Positions 61,982 to 64,000 of a stretch of DNA of 64,000 nucleotides are shown one piece after another (within the stretch, counting starts at the first letter, position 1; every line of letters starts with the position of its first letter). Below the pieces are notes generated by a model. It ran no database searches. It was given only the letters and a program-made list of their open reading frames with translations, and was not told the origin of the DNA. The stretch is from Candidatus Poribacteria bacterium (GTDB lineage: Bacteria > Poribacteria > WGA-4E > WGA-3G): assembly GCA_965205025.1 (NCBI GenBank), contig CBDBFU010000009.1:160001-224000 (forward strand), in the 5' to 3' direction. A program made the position numbers and the translations under genes.

Positions 61982-62408
61982 TTTTTACTCCTTCATTCAA
62001 TGTATAATTATACGTTAGCAAGATAATTATAGTTCCAAATTATATAGGATAAGAAATTATATGTCAACTAAATGTAAAATCTTTATTTGGACTTTCTCAA
62101 AATTTAGAGGTGGTGACCTATAAATTGCATTTTTTTTGGTGTATTTTGGTATCTATAACCTAATCTGGTGGTCTGTGTTGTTTGAAATTCTTTTCCTTTT
62201 GGTAAACCTATTTTAGGAATATACCCTGCCATAGAAGTTGTAGCACAAACATTTAGTTTATGCATAGTTATCGGAATCAACTCCTACCAAGAACTTATTG
62301 ACACCTATTGGCTTTAGTAACAATTTATTTACGCACACATGTTACGGTTATTCCTTGATAATCAAAAACCTTTATGATAAGATTTTGAAAAAAATACTGG
62401 AGTAAAAC

Positions 62409-63461
62409 ATGTCAATTGGATTAGGTGTTATTGGAATAAATCCTACGAACATGGGATCAACCACATCCCTTCTTAAAGATATCCCCGATCTGAAATATGA
62501 AGTTCGTGGAATTTGTGCTAAACGGGAGGATGTCCTTGAAAACTACGCAAAGGAAATTGGAGTCAATTACTGGACAACAGATTACCGTGAATTAATTAAA
62601 AAAGACGATATCTCTGTTGTAGCAATCTATTCGCCAGATCATCTCCATGCAGAACATTGTACCGCCGCTATAGAGGCTGGAAAGCATGTCGTCTGTACAA
62701 AACCGATGGTAACAACATTAGACGATGCCAAACAATTGGTGGATTTAGTACAGAAACACAATGTGAAGTTTCTTGTCGGACAGACGATGCGTTTTGACCT
62801 GCAGTTCTTAACAATGAAGAGACTTCTTGACGACGGTGATTTAGGGGATGTAATGGTCGCTGATGCATATTATGTCCACGACATGCGTGAAGTCTACGAT
62901 TTCACCCCATGGCGACTCAATGAACCACAAGATTTGATGTTCGGTGGTGTTGTTCATCCCGTTGACATTTTACGTAGTTTTCTGGGTGATGTTGAAGAGG
63001 TACACGCATACGGTACAAAAGGTTTACTAACACCAGAATATCCTAAGAATAATAACTTTTTTCTTAATCTTAAGTTCAAGAATGGACAAATTGCTCGTGC
63101 AATGGGATTATATGATATTGTTCACCCACCAATGCCAATGATGCAAGTTTCAATTTACGGGAGTAAAGGAACAATGATTGGCGATTTTACAGACAACAAA
63201 GGTGGTCAAGTAAAACTGATGCTTGATAAAATGTCCGCAAGAGAACCATTTGAAATGACCTGTCCGCCGGAAGTCGACACAAGTGTATATGGTCACGGTC
63301 AAACAGTTATTCGTTATATGAGACATTTCCAGCAATGTATTGAAGAGGATCTTGATCCATCCCCGAATGTTATTGATGGGGCAAAATCAATTGCTGTTGG
63401 GGTTGCAGCTTGGGAATCAATTGAAACTGGAAAACCTGTGAAAGTCTTTAACGAATTTTAA
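62409..63461 (+). CDS. Gfo/Idh/MocA family oxidoreductase
   Basis: GVIG, SPDHLH, GKHVVCTKP, H-VD. Confidence 0.88.
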   Translation: MSIGLGVIGINPTNMGSTTSLLKDIPDLKYEVRGICAKREDVLENYAKEIGVNYWTTDYRELIKKDDISVVAIYSPDHLHAEHCTAAIEAGKHVVCTKPMVTTLDDAKQLVDLVQKHNVKFLVGQTMRFDLQFLTMKRLLDDGDLGDVMVADAYYVHDMREVYDFTPWRLNEPQDLMFGGVVHPVDILRSFLGDVEEVHAYGTKGLLTPEYPKNNNFFLNLKFKNGQIARAMGLYDIVHPPMPMMQVSIYGSKGTMIGDFTDNKGGQVKLMLDKMSAREPFEMTCPPEVDTSVYGHGQTVIRYMRHFQQCIEEDLDPSPNVIDGAKSIAVGVAAWESIETGKPVKVFNEF

Positions 63462-63497
63462 ACTATTGCTATTGTTAAAATGCGTAATTAAAAATGC

Positions 63498-63543
63498 TTG
63501 ACATAATTTTTCTCCAATTATATAATTTAGGTATGCCTAAATT
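63498..63543 (+). promoter_or_regulatory. Sigma70 promoter overlapped by a DtxR/MntR-type operator
   Basis: TTGACA (63498)-17 bp-TATAAT (63521); palindrome AATTTAGGTATGCCTAAATT (63524-63543). Confidence 0.8.
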
Positions 63544-63660
63544 TATTTTTTGACTAAACTAATGTATTTATATCTCTTTCCTAAGAATATTGGAAAGAGG
63601 ACTAACTATTTACCGCAGGATAAAGAGCATAGTTGACTCTTATGTGGAATGGATATAATA

Positions 63661-64000
63661 ATGTTAACACATGCGGCTGAGGATTATCTTAAGTCAATAT
63701 ATAAGTTACAAGACAAAGGTGAGAAAGTTTCTACAGGTGTTTTAGCAGAATTCCTTGATGTGAAACCAGCATCAGCATCAGGAATGATTAAAAAGCTCAA
63801 AACAATGAATTTGATAACTTATGAACGTTCCGAAGGTGTTATACTTACTGATGCAGGCGAAGTAATTGCATTAGAAATCATCCGTCACCATCGATTGTTA
63901 GAGTTATATCTAAACAAGGCACTCGGTGTACCCTGGGATGGAGTTCATGAGGAAGCGGAAATATTGGAACATGTGATTTCAGAGGATGTTGAGGCACGAA
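63661..64000 (+). CDS. DtxR/MntR-family metal-dependent regulator, partial
   Basis: Hand-translated MLTHAAEDYLKSIY...VKPASASGMIKKL...IRHHRLLELYL...VHEEAEILEHVIS. Confidence 0.92.
   Translation, partial: MLTHAAEDYLKSIYKLQDKGEKVSTGVLAEFLDVKPASASGMIKKLKTMNLITYERSEGVILTDAGEVIALEIIRHHRLLELYLNKALGVPWDGVHEEAEILEHVISEDVEAR

Noticed and set aside
1-64000. tRNA, rRNA, retron/DGR or prophage
   Set aside because: No cloverleaf, rRNA-like tract, reverse transcriptase, integrase or phage structural genes recognised

Overview
AT-rich bacterial chromosome segment. The LamG and FG-GAP/CRTAC1 secreted proteins, the 'VEPxGK-x-TTWGxVK' motif and the many Gfo/Idh/MocA genes suggest Candidatus Poribacteria; this is inference, not a database hit. 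It carries housekeeping genes (purH, rpsT, rsmB, glnE, thrC, argF-like, lpdA, metK, ahcY, rpsA, mntR/dtxR-like), a secreted-protein cluster, a MazEF-type pair, an orphan DNA MTase, a partner-switching/two-component locus and two IS elements (IS630 and IS4/IS231-like). The strongest unexplained signal is in the intergenic DNA, which holds nested hairpin-directed mobile elements. A 101-143 bp MITE is found four times inside REP hairpin loops, each time with a 1-bp duplication, and an empty site is present in the window for comparison. An IS4 element is flanked by a 20-bp duplication that is exactly a REP stem-loop. A GC-rich islet (about 3183-6009) between two truncation scars encodes a HEXXH lipoprotein, a small membrane protein and a 5'-truncated Cys-rich protein with a TSP1-like motif. 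Several genes have single-base frameshifts, probably sequencing errors. No rRNA, tRNA, CRISPR array or reverse transcriptase was seen.
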